DNA of 64,000 bases from Clostridia bacterium (GTDB taxonomy: Bacteria; Bacillota; Clostridia; Christensenellales; Borkfalkiaceae), in contig JAIEFR010000017.1 of assembly GCA_029066845.1 (NCBI GenBank), forward strand, positions 56,805 to 120,804. The letters run 5' to 3'. The notes beneath the pieces were generated by a model that saw nothing but the letters and a program-made list of their open reading frames with translations, made no database searches and was not told the DNA's origin. The translations under genes and the position numbers were made by a program. Shown one piece after another: positions 26,122 to 34,807 of this stretch. How positions within the stretch are numbered: position 1 is the stretch's first letter; every line of letters begins with the position of its first letter.

Positions 26122-28767
26122 TTACTTTCTGGGATTCTTGATGTTTGCCTGTGCGGCTGCGAGGCGTGCGATGGGCACGCGGTAAGGCGAGCAGGAAACA
26201 TAGTCCAGACCTATATTGTGGCAGAACTCGATGGACGAAGGATCGCCGCCGTGTTCGCCGCAGATGCCGCAGTGAAGCGTTTTGCGTTCGCCCTTGCCGA
26301 GCTTGACGGCGGTTTCCATAAGCTTGCCGACGCCGACGGTATCCAGACGGGAGAACGGATCGCTTTCGTAAATCTTGCCAGCATAGTACGAAGGCAGGAA
26401 TTTGCCTGCGTCGTCACGCGAGAAGCCGAAAGTCATCTGCGTTAAGTCGTTGGTACCGAAGCAGAAGAACTCCGCTTCCTTTGCAATCTCGTCAGCGGTG
26501 AGCGCCGCACGGGGAATTTCAATCATAGTTCCGACTTCGTATTTGAGGTCAACGCCCGAAGCCTTGATAACTGCGTTTGCGGTTTCGACAACCGTCTTCT
26601 TAACGAACGCAAGTTCCTTAACCTCGCCAACGAGGGGAATCATAATTTCGGGAACGACCTTCCAGTCCTTGTGCCTCTTCTGCACTGCGATAGCCGCCTT
26701 GATGACCGCGTTGGTCTGCATAACGGCGATTTCGGGATAGGTTACGGTAAGGCGGCAACCACGGTGACCCATCATAGGGTTGAACTCGTGGAGGTCGGAG
26801 ATTATCTGCTTAATCTGCGCAATCGTCTTGCCCTGCGATTTAGCAAGCTCCGCAATATCCGCCTCGTCGGTGGGAACGAACTCGTGAAGAGGAGGATCGA
26901 GGAAACGAATGGTTACGGGTTGACCTTCCAGAGCTTCCATAAGACCTTCGAAGTCCGCCTGCTGCATAGGCTCGATTTTAGCGAGCGCAGCCTTCCTCTC
27001 CACTACTGTATCCGAGCAAATCATTTCGCGGAATGCGCCAATTCTTGCGGGGTCGAAGAACATATGCTCGGTACGGCACAGACCGATACCCTGAGCACCG
27101 AACGCCGCCGCCTGCTTTGCGTCTGCGGGGGTATCTGCGTTGGTTCTTACGCCCAGCGCCTTATACTTGTCGGCAAGCTCCATAATTCTGCCGAAGTAGC
27201 CGCTGTTGGGGTCTGCGGGTACGGTGGGAATAATGCAATCGTAAATGTTACCAGTCGAGCCGTCGAGCGAAATGCCGTCGCCCTCGTGATAAACCTTACC
27301 TGCAAGGGTGAAGCACTTGTTCTCTTCATCCATTTTGATGTCGCCGCAACCGGATACGCAGCAGGTACCCATACCGCGCGCAACTACCGCTGCGTGAGAG
27401 GTCTGACCGCCGCGAACGGTTAAGATACCCTGAGAGAACTTCATACCCTCGATATCTTCGGGGGAGGTTTCAAGACGGACGAGAACGACCTTCTTGCCCT
27501 TCTTGCCCATTACAACCGCGTCCTCTGCGGTGAATACTATAGAGCCGGCAGCCGCACCGGGGGAAGCCGCGATACCCTTGCCGACAACGTTATTCTTGTC
27601 CGCTTCCTTCAAAGCCTTGGGGTCGAACTGGGGGTGCAGAAGCATATCGAGCGACTTTGCGTCAATCTGCATCAAAGCCTCTTGCTCTGTAATCATCTTT
27701 TCGTCGATGAGGTCGCAAGCAATCTTGATAGCAGCCGCAGCGGTACGCTTACCGTTACGAGTCTGCAACATATACAGCTTGCCCTGCTCGATGGTGAATT
27801 CCATATCCTGCATATCGCGGTAATGCTTTTCGAGCGTGTCGCATACCTTTAAGAACTGCTTGTACACGTCGGGGAGCACTTCCGCCATCTTTGCGATGGG
27901 CATAGGAGTACGAACGCCTGCAACGACGTCCTCGCCCTGGGCGTTCATCAGGAACTCGCCCATAAGGCCCTTTTCGCCCGTTGCGGGGTTACGCGTGAAC
28001 GCAACGCCCGTGCCGCAGTCGTCACCCATATTGCCGAACGCCATCATCTGAACGTTTACCGCGGTACCCCAGCTGTAAGGGATGTCGTGGTCCATTCTGT
28101 AAATGTTCGCGCGGGGGTTGTCCCAGCTGCGGAATACCGCTTTGATTGCCTCGAAAAGCTGCTCCTTGGGATCGTCGGGGAAGTCCTTGCCAAGCTGAGC
28201 CTTGTACTCCGCCTTGAACTGGTTTGCAAGGGTTTTGAGGTCGTTCGCGTCGAGGTCAACGTCGAATTCAACTCCCTTTTCTTCCTTCATCTTGTCGATG
28301 AGCTTTTCGAAATATTTCTTGCCGACTTCCATAACGACGTCGGAGAACATCTGAATAAATCTTCTGTAGCAGTCCCAGGCCCAGCGGGGATTGCCCGACT
28401 TGGTAGCTATGGTATTAACAACCGTTTCGTTAAGACCGAGGTTCAAGATGGTGTCCATCATACCTGGCATCGAAGCGCGTGCGCCCGAACGAACGGAAAC
28501 CAGAAGAGGATTTTCCTTATCGCCGAACTTCTTGCCGCAGACCTTTTCCATCTTCTCGATATATTCCATAATTTCTTTCTGGATATCGGGGTTAATCTGC
28601 CTGCCGTCCTCATAGTACTGTGTGCAGGCTTCGGTAGAGATTGTAAAGCCCTGCGGAACGGGCAAACCGATATTTGTCATTTCCGCAAGGTTTGCGCCCT
28701 TGCCGCCCAAGAGATCTCTCATCTTTGCATTACCTTCGGTGAAAAGGTAGCAATATTTTTTTGCCAT
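26122..28767 (-). CDS. ppdK: Pyruvate, phosphate dikinase
   Basis: 881 aa. N-terminal GGKGANLAEM, phospho-His region GGQTSHAAVVARG, PEP-utilising C-terminal domain. Confidence 0.95.
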   Translation of the reverse strand: MAKKYCYLFTEGNAKMRDLLGGKGANLAEMTNIGLPVPQGFTISTEACTQYYEDGRQINPDIQKEIMEYIEKMEKVCGKKFGDKENPLLVSVRSGARASMPGMMDTILNLGLNETVVNTIATKSGNPRWAWDCYRRFIQMFSDVVMEVGKKYFEKLIDKMKEEKGVEFDVDLDANDLKTLANQFKAEYKAQLGKDFPDDPKEQLFEAIKAVFRSWDNPRANIYRMDHDIPYSWGTAVNVQMMAFGNMGDDCGTGVAFTRNPATGEKGLMGEFLMNAQGEDVVAGVRTPMPIAKMAEVLPDVYKQFLKVCDTLEKHYRDMQDMEFTIEQGKLYMLQTRNGKRTAAAAIKIACDLIDEKMITEQEALMQIDAKSLDMLLHPQFDPKALKEADKNNVVGKGIAASPGAAAGSIVFTAEDAVVMGKKGKKVVLVRLETSPEDIEGMKFSQGILTVRGGQTSHAAVVARGMGTCCVSGCGDIKMDEENKCFTLAGKVYHEGDGISLDGSTGNIYDCIIPTVPADPNSGYFGRIMELADKYKALGVRTNADTPADAKQAAAFGAQGIGLCRTEHMFFDPARIGAFREMICSDTVVERKAALAKIEPMQQADFEGLMEALEGQPVTIRFLDPPLHEFVPTDEADIAELAKSQGKTIAQIKQIISDLHEFNPMMGHRGCRLTVTYPEIAVMQTNAVIKAAIAVQKRHKDWKVVPEIMIPLVGEVKELAFVKKTVVETANAVIKASGVDLKYEVGTMIEIPRAALTADEIAKEAEFFCFGTNDLTQMTFGFSRDDAGKFLPSYYAGKIYESDPFSRLDTVGVGKLMETAVKLGKGERKTLHCGICGEHGGDPSSIEFCHNIGLDYVSCSPYRVPIARLAAAQANIKNPRK

Positions 28768-28883
28768 AAATTTCCTCCTGAATTTCGTTTAATATTCTGA
28801 CCTTTTTATTATAAACTATACGGCATTTTTTTTCAAGTACTTTACGGAAAAATCTGCCAAAAGTTGTTCGTTTAAAGCGATAA

Positions 28884-28909
28884 AATAAAAAACTCCCGCA
28901 CGGGGAGTT
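28884..28909 (-). terminator. Terminator of recO
   Basis: ctccc...ggggag hairpin. On the minus strand it is followed by TTTTTT. Confidence 0.65.
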
Positions 28910-28913
28910 TGAT

Positions 28914-29630
28914 TTAAATAAGCTTTATGTATTCCGACAGGCTTAAACAACGCGCGTCGGTCTTGTAGACAAGGTATTCCCTCAACAGCTTTAAGGCGCG
29001 TTTTTTGCCGTCATCCGTCACTTCACCGGCAGCTTTGCCGTCAGCCGCCGAAAGCGTTTTGAAGGTGCTGCCGCTTGCGCCCGCACCCGCGCCGCAATCC
29101 CAGCACAAAAACGTGCCCGTATCGAGGTTGAAGCGCAGCTTTTCGGCTTCCGCAAGATTCGCGCCGCACTGCGGACAGTTGTTTAGCGAAACGCCGTAGC
29201 CCGCGCCCCTGAGCGCAGAGAGAAGAAACTTGACAAGGGCAAGCCCCTCGTCGCCCGAACACATTTCGGAAAGCGCCCTTACGCAGTCGGAAAAGAGCGC
29301 GCCGCTTTCGTCGCCTTCGTAGGTTAAGGCAATTGCCGTTTCGCACACGGCGCAGGCAGCGTAGAATTTGTTTACGTCGGTGCGAAGCTCGTAAAAGCTT
29401 TCGCACTCGCTTGCCTGCGTTACGGTGTATCTGCCGCCGCGCTCCGCAAGAATATACTCTGCAAAACAAAAGGGCTGGGCGGCAAATTTAAGCTTTGCGC
29501 CCGCCTTTTTAACTCCCTTTATGCCCGCGGTTATTTTGCCGCGCTCGGCAGTCAACAGGGTGAGTATTTTATCGTTGTCCAGATAGTCGGTTGCGCGCAA
29601 CATAAGCGCGTTGACCTTGATGTTATCCAT
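28914..29630 (-). CDS. recO: DNA repair protein RecO
   Basis: 238 aa. OB-fold N-terminus plus a CxxC...CxxC zinc motif (CPQCG ... CWDCG). Conserved position after era. Confidence 0.9.
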   Translation of the reverse strand: MDNIKVNALMLRATDYLDNDKILTLLTAERGKITAGIKGVKKAGAKLKFAAQPFCFAEYILAERGGRYTVTQASECESFYELRTDVNKFYAACAVCETAIALTYEGDESGALFSDCVRALSEMCSGDEGLALVKFLLSALRGAGYGVSLNNCPQCGANLAEAEKLRFNLDTGTFLCWDCGAGAGASGSTFKTLSAADGKAAGEVTDDGKKRALKLLREYLVYKTDARCLSLSEYIKLI

Positions 29631-29638
29631 ACCGGAAA

Positions 29639-29746
29639 TTACTTATTGCCTTTGAGTTCTTTGTACAGCATATAGTAGCTCACGGAGCCCGTCTTTTCAA
29701 ACATCTTCCAGGCAAGCTCGGCTGCGTCGTTATCCCTTTCCCGCAT
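29639..29746 (-). CDS. yqzL: YqzL-like small protein (35 aa, below the track cut-off)
   Basis: Hand translation: MRERDNDAAELAWKMFEKTGSVSYYMLYKELKGNK. It sits between era and recO, as yqzL does in Bacillus. Motif similarity is recalled, not searched. Confidence 0.5.
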   Translation of the reverse strand: MRERDNDAAELAWKMFEKTGSVSYYMLYKELKGNK

Positions 29747-29791
29747 AGCGCCCTCCTTTTACAAATAGAGTGCGCGGTTTTTTACAAATTA

Positions 29792-30682
29792 TTACTGCGA
29801 CTTTTTGCCGTAGCCGAAGCTTTCCATAAGCGAGGGGCGGTCGCGCCAGTCCTCCTTGACCTTGACGTACGTAGTTAAGAACACCTTTGCGCCCAGAAAC
29901 TTTTCCATATCCTTGCGTGCAAACGAGCTTACTTCCTTTAACGCCGCGCCCTGTTTGCCTATAAGTATTGCTTTGTGGTTGGACTTTTCGCAAACTATAT
30001 CCAAATTGATATCGTAGACGCCGTTATCCTGTTTTTCAAACGTGTTGATAATAATTGCGACGCCGTGGGGAATTTCTTTGTCGAACTTCAAAAGAATTTT
30101 TTCGCGCATAATTTCGGAAATCATAAACCTTTCGCTCTTGTCCGAAACTATGTCGTCCTCTATGACTTTATCGCCCTCGGGAAGTTTTTCGACTATTGCC
30201 GCCACAAGCTTTTTGAGGTTTATGCCCTTGCGCGCGGACACGGGGTAAACGTCGCACTCCACCCCTGCTTCGTAAAGTCTTTTTACGTCCGCGGGGATAT
30301 TTTCGCGCGGCATAATGTCTATCTTCGTGTATGCGATTATGACGGGGATTTTTCCTTCCGAATAGCGCTTCATAAGCTCTACGTCGCTATCAGTAATTCC
30401 CGCGTGACCGTCGTGAACGTACACGATAAGGTCCACGCCCTTAGCCGTCGTTTCCGCCGTCTTGGACATCATCTGCGACAGCGCGTTTTTAGCCCTGTAA
30501 ATGCCGGGCGTATCGACGAAAACTATCTGATAGTCGGACTCGGTTATTATGCCCATAATCGCGTCGCGCGTGGTCTGCGGCTTGGGCGAAACTATCGCCA
30601 CCTTTTCGCCAACCAAAACGTTTACAAGCGTTGATTTGCCCGCGTTTGCTTTGCCTATTAAAGCTACGTATCCGCTCTTCAT
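29792..30682 (-). CDS. era: GTPase Era
   Basis: 296 aa. GKANAGKSTL, DTPG and TKID G-motifs plus a C-terminal KH domain. Confidence 0.95.
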   Translation of the reverse strand: MKSGYVALIGKANAGKSTLVNVLVGEKVAIVSPKPQTTRDAIMGIITESDYQIVFVDTPGIYRAKNALSQMMSKTAETTAKGVDLIVYVHDGHAGITDSDVELMKRYSEGKIPVIIAYTKIDIMPRENIPADVKRLYEAGVECDVYPVSARKGINLKKLVAAIVEKLPEGDKVIEDDIVSDKSERFMISEIMREKILLKFDKEIPHGVAIIINTFEKQDNGVYDINLDIVCEKSNHKAILIGKQGAALKEVSSFARKDMEKFLGAKVFLTTYVKVKEDWRDRPSLMESFGYGKKSQ

Positions 30683-31150
30683 TCAATCCCTCGCAAGGTG
30701 CATTTTCGCAAGCACCTTTTCTTCCATTGCGCGCATTACGGGCTTGTCCTCTTCCGTCATATGGTCGTAGCCCAGCAGGTGGCACACCCCGTGCGCGGCA
30801 AGATAGTTGAGCTCCCTTTCGTAAGGGTGACCGTACTCCTCCGCCTGCTCTTTTGCAACTTCCGTGCAGATAGCGACAGAGCCGAGAAACAGCACGCCGT
30901 CGCCGTCCACGTCGTAAGGAAAGTCCTTTGCTTTAAGCTCCTTTTCGCAGATGCCGTCCAGCGTGGGGAACGAGAGCACGTCCGTCACCTTGTCGTTTTT
31001 GCGGAACTCGTTATTGAGCCGCCGTATTTCCTGCTTGTCCGTAAAAACAATTTCCAGCGCAAGCGGACAGTCGGCGGCAACCTCGCCGCCGAACGCCTCT
31101 GCAAGCGCTGAAAAATCGTATTCTTCGCAATATATATCCAACTTTGTCAT
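30683..31150 (-). CDS. ybeY: rRNA maturation endoribonuclease YbeY
   Basis: 155 aa with the HGVCHLLGYDH metal-binding motif. Confidence 0.95.
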   Translation of the reverse strand: MTKLDIYCEEYDFSALAEAFGGEVAADCPLALEIVFTDKQEIRRLNNEFRKNDKVTDVLSFPTLDGICEKELKAKDFPYDVDGDGVLFLGSVAICTEVAKEQAEEYGHPYERELNYLAAHGVCHLLGYDHMTEEDKPVMRAMEEKVLAKMHLARD

Positions 31151-31161
31151 TATTTCCGCCG

Positions 31162-32613
31162 TCAGTTCTTCTTGCCGATTTTGATTTTGGGATAGGCAAT
31201 TCTGGAATGGTAAACGCCCGAGAGCGACTGCGCTATGGTGCGGCTTATGATAGTAAGGTCACGCATAGTAATGTTGCAGTCAACAAACTGGTCGAGGTTG
31301 ATTCTTTCCTCGATAAGGCTGCCGACAAGCGCCTCGATATTGGCGGGCGTTCTGTTCGAAAGCGAGCGGGTTGCCGCCTCCGCCGCGTCCACTATCATTA
31401 TAATAGCCGCTATTCGCGTCTGGGGAACGGGTCCCACGTAGGAATAGTTTGCCATACTTATCTCGCCGTCGGTCATTTTGAGAGCCTTGGCGTAGAAGTA
31501 TTTTATGGGCAGCGTGCCGTGGTGCTGAATGGCAACGTCCGCAAGGAATTCGGGCAGGTGCTGCTTTTTGATGAGCTTTGCGCCGTCGCGAGTGTGCGAA
31601 CGGATGATGTCCGCCGAAAGCTCGGGCGAAAGCTCGTTGTGCATATTGTAGTCGGTCTGGTTCTCGGTGAACATATCGGGCTTGACAAGCTTGCCCACGT
31701 CGTGATAGTAAGCCGCCGCACGCGTAAGTTCGCTGTCCTCACCTATCGCGATGGCGCACGCCTCCGCAAGCTGGGATACGACTACCGAGTGGTTGAACGT
31801 ACCGGGCGCCACCTGCTTGAGCTTTTTGATAAGCGGCGCGGTGGGCGCGGTGATTTCGCGCAGACGGAATACCGTGAGTTCTGCAAACATCAGCTCGAAG
31901 AGCGGCAACAGAACTATAAACAGCAGCGTGCTGAACAGTGCGCCGAGTGCGCCGTAGCCGAGCAGTATCCACTCGAAAGTGCCGTTGAGCGTTATAAGAA
32001 TTTCCATTATGCCTATGATAAGCTCGATGGGCACGAGCAGTATGAACACAATCATAATGCTCTGTAATCTGGTCTTAATCTTGTGGGAAATAAATACAAC
32101 CATCGTGCCCGCGCAGAAGGTAATCAAAAGTCCCGCACAGTACTGCCACATATCCGCGGAAGCCGCGTCAACGAGGTTGATATTGATATCCATTATGAAT
32201 ATCAGAATGGTGTTTATAATATTCAAAAACATTGCCTGACGCCTGCCCAGAAGCGTTGCGCACATAATCGCAAAGAAGCCGAACGGACGGGCGTGAGGGT
32301 CGATATATTTGCCGAATACGAAGTTTAAAAACAGCGACAAATCGAGAAGTGCGAACATTTCGATAAGCCGTATTATGTTGCCGAGAATATCGCTGCTTTC
32401 GAAGTACAGATATCCGTATGTAAGTACGGACAGGAAGAGTACCGTCGCAACGACGAAAACAACCTTGCTGGGATTTTCGGTTATATAATCGATAGCGTGC
32501 GTTGTCTGATTGAGCTCTATCATTAAGAAGGCTATCGCCAGCAATATAATGACGTTGAGCGCGAACATCAGCAATCCCAGCCACGCCGCCTTTTTAGTCA
32601 GTCTGGTTTTCAA
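31162..32613 (-). CDS. pgpH: 7TM-HD membrane phosphohydrolase (PgpH/YqfF-like), short form
   Basis: 483 aa. Multi-TM region followed by an HD domain (HSVVVSQLA ... YYHDVGK). Conserved position between phoH and ybeY. Confidence 0.8.
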   Translation of the reverse strand: MKTRLTKKAAWLGLLMFALNVIILLAIAFLMIELNQTTHAIDYITENPSKVVFVVATVLFLSVLTYGYLYFESSDILGNIIRLIEMFALLDLSLFLNFVFGKYIDPHARPFGFFAIMCATLLGRRQAMFLNIINTILIFIMDININLVDAASADMWQYCAGLLITFCAGTMVVFISHKIKTRLQSIMIVFILLVPIELIIGIMEILITLNGTFEWILLGYGALGALFSTLLFIVLLPLFELMFAELTVFRLREITAPTAPLIKKLKQVAPGTFNHSVVVSQLAEACAIAIGEDSELTRAAAYYHDVGKLVKPDMFTENQTDYNMHNELSPELSADIIRSHTRDGAKLIKKQHLPEFLADVAIQHHGTLPIKYFYAKALKMTDGEISMANYSYVGPVPQTRIAAIIMIVDAAEAATRSLSNRTPANIEALVGSLIEERINLDQFVDCNITMRDLTIISRTIAQSLSGVYHSRIAYPKIKIGKKN

Positions 32614-33577
32614 TTTTATTTCTCCCGACGCTCTCCTTGTCGTATGCGCGCACTATGCGCATAACCAACGTGTTGCGGACAACGTCTTTATCAGTAAGAT
32701 TTATTACGGAAATGCCCTCCACCTCTTTAAGCAAGCTTGTCGCGTGGATGAGTCCGCTCTTTTTGCCTTCGGGCAAATCGATTTGCGAAGCGTCTCCCGT
32801 GATGACCATTTTGCTTCCGTCGCCTAAACGGGTGAGGAACATTTTCATTTGCTCTTTGGTTGTGTTCTGAGCTTCGTCCAGAATTATGAACGCGTTGGAA
32901 AGAGTACGTCCGCGCATATACGCAAGCGGAGCAATTTCGATTGCGCCCCTTTCCATAAGCTTGGTGTAGCTTTCCACGCCCAGCATTTCCTGCAACGCGT
33001 CGTACAGCGGACGGAGATAGGGGTCTACCTTGGTCTGCAAATCGCCGGGAAGAAAGCCGAGCTTTTCGCCCGCTTCCACCGCGGGACGCGTCAGGATTAT
33101 CTTTTCCGCCTGCTTCTGCTTCATCGCCTGCACCGCGAGGCATACGGCAAGATAGGTCTTGCCCGTACCTGCGGGACCGACGCCGAACACGACGGTGTTT
33201 TTCTTTATTGCGTCAACGTAGGCCTTCTGCCCCACCGTCTTGCACTTTATCGGCTTGCCGCGGAAGGTTACGCCCACCGTGCCCGAGGACAGCTTGGTAA
33301 TATCGGAAGCCCTGCCCTCCTTGGCGAGCTCTATGCAGTAAACCGTTCTTCCGCTGTCCACGCGTTCGCCGTTTTCGGCAAGCACGAGAAGGTTTTTTAC
33401 GACCTCCTTGGCGATATGCACGTTTTCGTCGGGACCGGAAATAATTATATCAAGCTGGTCCACACGGCAAACGACTTTAAGCTCACGCGAAATCGCGCTT
33501 AAATTTTCGTCAAACGTGCCGAGTACTTTTGAAAGCTCGTCGATATTAGCGGCGGTTACTCTTCTTTCGATATCCAA
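32594..33577 (-). CDS. phoH: PhoH-family ATPase
   Basis: GPAGTGKTYLAV Walker A and IILDEAQN Walker B. TTG 33577 with a GAAGAGG RBS just after the yqfD stop is preferred over the longer track ORF, which overlaps yqfD. Confidence 0.88.
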   Translation of the reverse strand: MDIERRVTAANIDELSKVLGTFDENLSAISRELKVVCRVDQLDIIISGPDENVHIAKEVVKNLLVLAENGERVDSGRTVYCIELAKEGRASDITKLSSGTVGVTFRGKPIKCKTVGQKAYVDAIKKNTVVFGVGPAGTGKTYLAVCLAVQAMKQKQAEKIILTRPAVEAGEKLGFLPGDLQTKVDPYLRPLYDALQEMLGVESYTKLMERGAIEIAPLAYMRGRTLSNAFIILDEAQNTTKEQMKMFLTRLGDGSKMVITGDASQIDLPEGKKSGLIHATSLLKEVEGISVINLTDKDVVRNTLVMRIVRAYDKESVGRNKIENQTD

Positions 33578-33594
33578 TAAAACACCTCTTCGGT

Positions 33595-34488
33595 TTATTC
33601 CATATTTATGGCGACCGTTTCTATGTACGAAAAAGTCACGTCGTATTTGACTCCGCCGTCGCACGGCGCAACCGTATAGCTCTGCGACACTATTCTGTCC
33701 GAATACAGAGCTGCGGCTTTGAGCGCTTCCTGCGCGTTTTCATCGCTCTCCTTATCGTAATAGAGCGACAGACTTGCGCTTGCCGTGATTTCAGCAAACC
33801 CGACGACAAGGCAGGGATTGCTTTCGCCTTCCTCCGTCAGCTCGTACGCGCCAATGAGCACGTCGCCCGCGCCGACCTTATCGCCCTGCGCCCTTTCCGC
33901 CGTGCCGCAGATTGCGACTATGCGGTAAATTTCGCCCGCAACGTCCGCTTTCAGCGGCTGGTAATTTACCTTTGCGGTGTGCTCCTCCTCGGTACGCACG
34001 TCTATTATAAGATATGCACCTTCGCGCTGAACGGAGCAGAAATTGACGTCCGGCAACGCCAGAATTCTTGCCTGCATCAAAGGCGTATCAAGCTTTTTGC
34101 AGAGCGACCACTCGCGCGCGCCGCATTCGTTTGCGATAGAGATAATCTGTCCGCTGAGATACGCGCCGTTGCCCGTGACCTTTATGCGCATTACCAGGTT
34201 ACCCGAAGCTATTGCCGTGGTAGCGAAAATCAACGCGCCGATTACCAGACCGAACCGCCTTTTTATAAAGGTTACAGCCCGCGTTTTGGCGCTGTGCCGC
34301 TTTACGGCTACATTATAGCACGGATGTGAGAAAATTGCAAAAACTTTTTCCGAATATTCTTGCAACACGCCGAAAGTGAGCGTTGAACCGTGTTTTTTAA
34401 GCTTAAATACCGCAATATTTGCCTTTGACAGCTTTTTTAATGCGGTTTCGGGCGGGCAGGTGATTGAAAATTCTACGATATTATTCAA
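33595..34488 (-). CDS. yqfD: Sporulation protein YqfD-like
   Basis: 297 aa. N-terminal soluble segment, single TM (LVIGALIFATTAIA), C-terminal domain. Follows yqfC with an 8-nt overlap. Confidence 0.75.
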   Translation of the reverse strand: MNNIVEFSITCPPETALKKLSKANIAVFKLKKHGSTLTFGVLQEYSEKVFAIFSHPCYNVAVKRHSAKTRAVTFIKRRFGLVIGALIFATTAIASGNLVMRIKVTGNGAYLSGQIISIANECGAREWSLCKKLDTPLMQARILALPDVNFCSVQREGAYLIIDVRTEEEHTAKVNYQPLKADVAGEIYRIVAICGTAERAQGDKVGAGDVLIGAYELTEEGESNPCLVVGFAEITASASLSLYYDKESDENAQEALKAAALYSDRIVSQSYTVAPCDGGVKYDVTFSYIETVAINME

Positions 34489-34726
34489 AGCTTACCCCCG
34501 AAATATTACCGCGAATGAGCAAATCCTGCTGAAAATACTTGTCTATTATAAGCTTTTCGCCCACCACTGTCAACCGCATCTTGTTGAGCGAGAGAACTAT
34601 GCGCTCGGGCGAGTAGTCCTCCACGCGCTTTACCGACTTGAAATAACCGCCGAACGAGGGAATTACCGTGAACGACTTATCCAGATCCGCACCCGCTTCC
34701 CTTAAAATCTGCTGCAAAAGTTTCAT
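34481..34726 (-). CDS. yqfC: Sporulation protein YqfC (YabP/YqfC family)
   Basis: 81 aa. The pattern RIVLSLNKMRLTVVGEKLIIDKY...IRGNISGVSFE and the gene position fit YqfC. Confidence 0.75.
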   Translation of the reverse strand: MKLLQQILREAGADLDKSFTVIPSFGGYFKSVKRVEDYSPERIVLSLNKMRLTVVGEKLIIDKYFQQDLLIRGNISGVSFE

Positions 34727-34760
34727 ATGATAGTTTATGCTTATTCGGCGGTAAATATTA

Positions 34761-34791
34761 AAGCGCGCGGCTTTTTAAAAGCCGCGCGCTT
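34761..34791 (-). terminator. Terminator of the giant lipoprotein gene
   Basis: aagcgcgcggc ... gccgcgcgctt palindrome. On the minus strand it is followed by a T-rich run. Confidence 0.7.
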
Positions 34792-34807
34792 CTCATTTTG
34801 AAAATTT

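Noticed and set aside
26671-28800. 250-aa and 237-aa plus-strand ORFs
   Set aside because: They are antisense to ppdK and are shadow frames.
31144-32067. 307-aa plus-strand ORF
   Set aside because: It is antisense to the 7TM-HD (pgpH-like) gene. It has shadow-frame composition.
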